Of a stretch of 64,000 bases of DNA, positions 61,521 through 64,000 are shown piece by piece; position 1 is the stretch's first letter, and the number at the start of each line of letters is the position of its first letter. The stretch is taken from the NCBI GenBank assembly GCA_016462445.1, contig JAEMTE010000002.1:4981-68980 (forward strand), given 5' to 3'. Position numbers and translations under genes: made by a program. The notes below the pieces were generated by a model that saw nothing but the letters and a program-made list of their open reading frames with translations, was not told where the DNA came from and did not search any database. The stretch is from Candidatus Nanopelagicus sp. (GTDB taxonomy: Bacteria > Actinomycetota > Actinomycetes > Nanopelagicales > Nanopelagicaceae).

Positions 61521-63121
61521 TTAATTACCTCCACATCACTATGCCATGTGCCATCTACATCAATGCTTTCAATAACTCTACTTAACCACTTATCGGAAGA
61601 TTGTGGGTAATCACTTCGCCAATGTGAGCCTCGGGACTCAGTTCTAAGCAGAGCAGATTTAACAATTGCGGTAGCAAGTAGGTGCAGGTTAGATGCCTCC
61701 CACGCCTCAATTCTTGGCTCGCTACTTACTAACTTTGATAACTCCTGCAAAGTTTGCATGGTCTTGCGCAATGAGCTTTCAGATCTCATCACACCCGCAC
61801 CTTCACTCATTGCAATTTGCAGTGGCAAAAGTATTTTAGGATCAAGCAAGATTGCTCTCTTATCCTCTGCTATCTCTTCCTGAGCTGGTAATTGTTTAGC
61901 TAATGCAGCTGCAATTCGCGCACCAAAAACTAATCCTTCAAGAAGTGAGTTTGAAGCAAGTCGATTGGCACCATGAGCACCTGTGCAAGCAGATTCACCA
62001 CATATATAAAGACCTGGTACAGATGATTGGCCATCTAAATCAACTAATACACCCCCTGATGCATAGTGTGAGGCGGGAGATACTGGAATCTTTTCCTTAG
62101 TTGGATCTATTCCGTTTGCAATACAGGAGGCGTATATTGTGGGAAATCTGTTGGTGAAATCATTTATTTTTGTTGCATCTAGCCAAACATGTGGTTGACC
62201 ACTTAATTGCATCTGATTAAATATCTCTTTTGCTACAACATCTCTAGGTGCTAAATCTGCTTGCGGATGTTTACCAACCATAAATTGTTCATTTTTATGG
62301 TTTAATAAAATTGCGCCCTCACCACGTACTGCCTCACTTATTAATGGTTGCTGTCCTCTATTTGCTAAATCTCGCCACAGCACAGTTGGGTGAAACTGCA
62401 CAAACTCAACATCAGCCACCTTCGCACCAGCACGTAATGCCAGTGCAACTCCATCACCAGTTGAGACAGCTGGGTTAGTAGTTTGTGAGTAAACCTGACC
62501 AAGGCCACCGGTTGCTACAACTACCGCTCTAGCAACTGCCCGGCCAACACCATCTCTACTACCTGCGCCAATTACATGCAGTGTCACACCACAGACTCGA
62601 CCACTTGCACTCTTTAACGCATCGATTGCAAGTGCGTGCTCAATAATTTCAATTCCGGCATCCTCTCTAACTGCAGCAAGTAATGCTCTAGAAACCTCAG
62701 CACCAGTCGCATCCCCGCCGGCATGAAGTATTCGATTGCGCAGATGTCCACCTTCGCGGGTTAATGCAATCTCACCAGTCTCTGATTTATCAAAGACTGC
62801 TCCTTGCGCAATTAATTTTCTAACCGCTTCAGGTCCTTCTGAAACTAAAACATCAACAGCTTTTATGTCACATAAACCAGCACCTGCTGCCAATGTGTCT
62901 TTCTTATGTTGATCTGGTGTATCTCCTGGCCCTAATGCTGCAGCAATACCACCTTGCGCCCACTTAGTTGAGCCCTCATCAATTCTTGCTTTAGTAACTA
63001 ATAAGACAGATAAGTTATGCGCTCTTAAATTTAATGCAGTAGTAAGGCCAGCAACACCTGAGCCAATTACAATTACATCAGCACTTGTGCTCCATCCAGG
63101 TAGACCAGTTAATAGCTTCAT
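61517..63121 (-). CDS. nadB: L-aspartate oxidase
   Basis: GSGVAG, WAQGGIAA, REGGH, QFHPT, SEAVRGEG, HGANRLASNSLLE; ATG at 63121 overlaps the panC stop. Confidence 0.96.
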   Translation of the reverse strand: MKLLTGLPGWSTSADVIVIGSGVAGLTTALNLRAHNLSVLLVTKARIDEGSTKWAQGGIAAALGPGDTPDQHKKDTLAAGAGLCDIKAVDVLVSEGPEAVRKLIAQGAVFDKSETGEIALTREGGHLRNRILHAGGDATGAEVSRALLAAVREDAGIEIIEHALAIDALKSASGRVCGVTLHVIGAGSRDGVGRAVARAVVVATGGLGQVYSQTTNPAVSTGDGVALALRAGAKVADVEFVQFHPTVLWRDLANRGQQPLISEAVRGEGAILLNHKNEQFMVGKHPQADLAPRDVVAKEIFNQMQLSGQPHVWLDATKINDFTNRFPTIYASCIANGIDPTKEKIPVSPASHYASGGVLVDLDGQSSVPGLYICGESACTGAHGANRLASNSLLEGLVFGARIAAALAKQLPAQEEIAEDKRAILLDPKILLPLQIAMSEGAGVMRSESSLRKTMQTLQELSKLVSSEPRIEAWEASNLHLLATAIVKSALLRTESRGSHWRSDYPQSSDKWLSRVIESIDVDGTWHSDVEVIK

Positions 63122-63906
63122 TTCACCCCACCCATACGCATATTGTCGAGCAACCTCACCTGATTTACCCAACCAGCAATAATTACCCGCTTATTTACAG
63201 TACCTGCAACAGCTGGCATAAATGTGGTTTCATCAATTACCTCAAGATAATCAACTTTAAACTCACTCTCTGTTTCTAATACTTTTTTCATTTGCTCAAC
63301 TGTCGCCATTTTTAATACCTTTGGAATTACTAGAGAGGCGTTTCGACCACTCTCATTTAATTTAACATTTCTAGATGAGATCGCAACTTGATCTAAATCA
63401 CGAATTGTTGGGCCGGAGATTATTTCAATCGGAAGTTCCAATTGTTTAACCATCTGCTTAATTAAAAATAATTGCTGAAAATCCTTCTCGCCAAAGACCG
63501 CTGCTTTTGGTTTTACTAAATCAAATAACCTTTTGACAACTGTTAGCACGCCAGAGAAGTGGCCAGGCCTTGCTTGACCTTCATATAAATTACCAATTGG
63601 CCCTGCTGAAATCTTTTCAATATCACCTGGATAAATGACTGACTCACTTGGTGCAAAGACAGCGGTAGCACCTGCCGCCTTAGCTAACTCCAAATCTCTC
63701 TCTAAACTCTTTGGATAATTTGCTAAATCATCTTTATTCTCAAATTGAAGTGGATTAACAAAAATACTAACTAAGACTTGATCACTTTTTGATTTAGCTA
63801 ACTTAATTAATGATTGATGGCCGGCATGAAGTGCGCCCATTGTTGGGACTAGTACATCGTATTTTTGGCGCGCTAAATCATCAACAGATTTAAGTAGGTC
63901 AATCAT
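63118..63906 (-). CDS. panC: Pantoate--beta-alanine ligase
   Basis: PTMGALHAGH, SIFVNPLQF, RPGHFSGV, FGEKDFQQ, SSRN, RLLDN. Confidence 0.96.
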   Translation of the reverse strand: MIDLLKSVDDLARQKYDVLVPTMGALHAGHQSLIKLAKSKSDQVLVSIFVNPLQFENKDDLANYPKSLERDLELAKAAGATAVFAPSESVIYPGDIEKISAGPIGNLYEGQARPGHFSGVLTVVKRLFDLVKPKAAVFGEKDFQQLFLIKQMVKQLELPIEIISGPTIRDLDQVAISSRNVKLNESGRNASLVIPKVLKMATVEQMKKVLETESEFKVDYLEVIDETTFMPAVAGTVNKRVIIAGWVNQVRLLDNMRMGGVK

Positions 63907-63945
63907 TGCTCCAGTCCTTTCCGGGTACCGGGCTAGATCACAAGT

Positions 63946-64000
63946 TTAACTGCTCTTGGCGATAGATGCCAAAAGGGTTTTAATCTCACCAACACCTGGA
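63946..64000 (-). CDS. 3' end of an unidentified gene (runs off the window end)
   Basis: Open frame ...PGVGEIKTLLASIAKSS* ending in TAA at 63948-63946; too short to identify. Confidence 0.45.
   Translation of the reverse strand, partial: PGVGEIKTLLASIAKSS

Noticed and set aside
1-64000. CRISPR arrays, IS elements, rRNA and frameshifted pseudogenes
   Set aside because: No spaced direct repeats, transposase motifs or rRNA-like sequence were seen, and all recognised genes appear intact in single frames.

Overview
Core-genome segment of a small, AT-rich (about 40% GC by eye), streamlined actinobacterium. Gene content, short proteins and near-absent intergenic DNA point to the freshwater acI lineage (Nanopelagicales, Ca. 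Nanopelagicus-like); this assignment is an inference. Left to right: rpoB (partial), rplL, rplJ, rplA, rplK, nusG, secE, tRNA-Trp; an aminotransferase and murB; rpmG with tRNA-Met/Thr/Tyr, interrupted by glycosyltransferase genes; an lldD-like oxidase, yajQ, rarD; the full nuoA-N operon plus a polyprenyl synthase; menG/F/D/C/B/E/A; system II cytochrome c biogenesis genes; an XPB helicase operon with an inserted M20 peptidase; a secreted HEXXH/FN3 protein; bS22; proC; a DUF3109-like gene and radA; clpC, argA, lysS, coaX, nadC, nadB, panC. No mobile elements, CRISPR arrays or rRNA were seen, and no clearly new multi-gene system was found. The most notable signals are: gaps in the usual actinobacterial gene order (hem/rex block, menJ-like reductase, disA, lsr2); widespread leaderless promoters; a PafBC/RecA-NDp-like promoter at radA; a 23S-mimic L1 site; an unexplained hairpin upstream of rpmG; an unannotated 27-aa ORF coupled to a glutaredoxin-like gene; and the three-gene WYL-like/M20/XPB operon.
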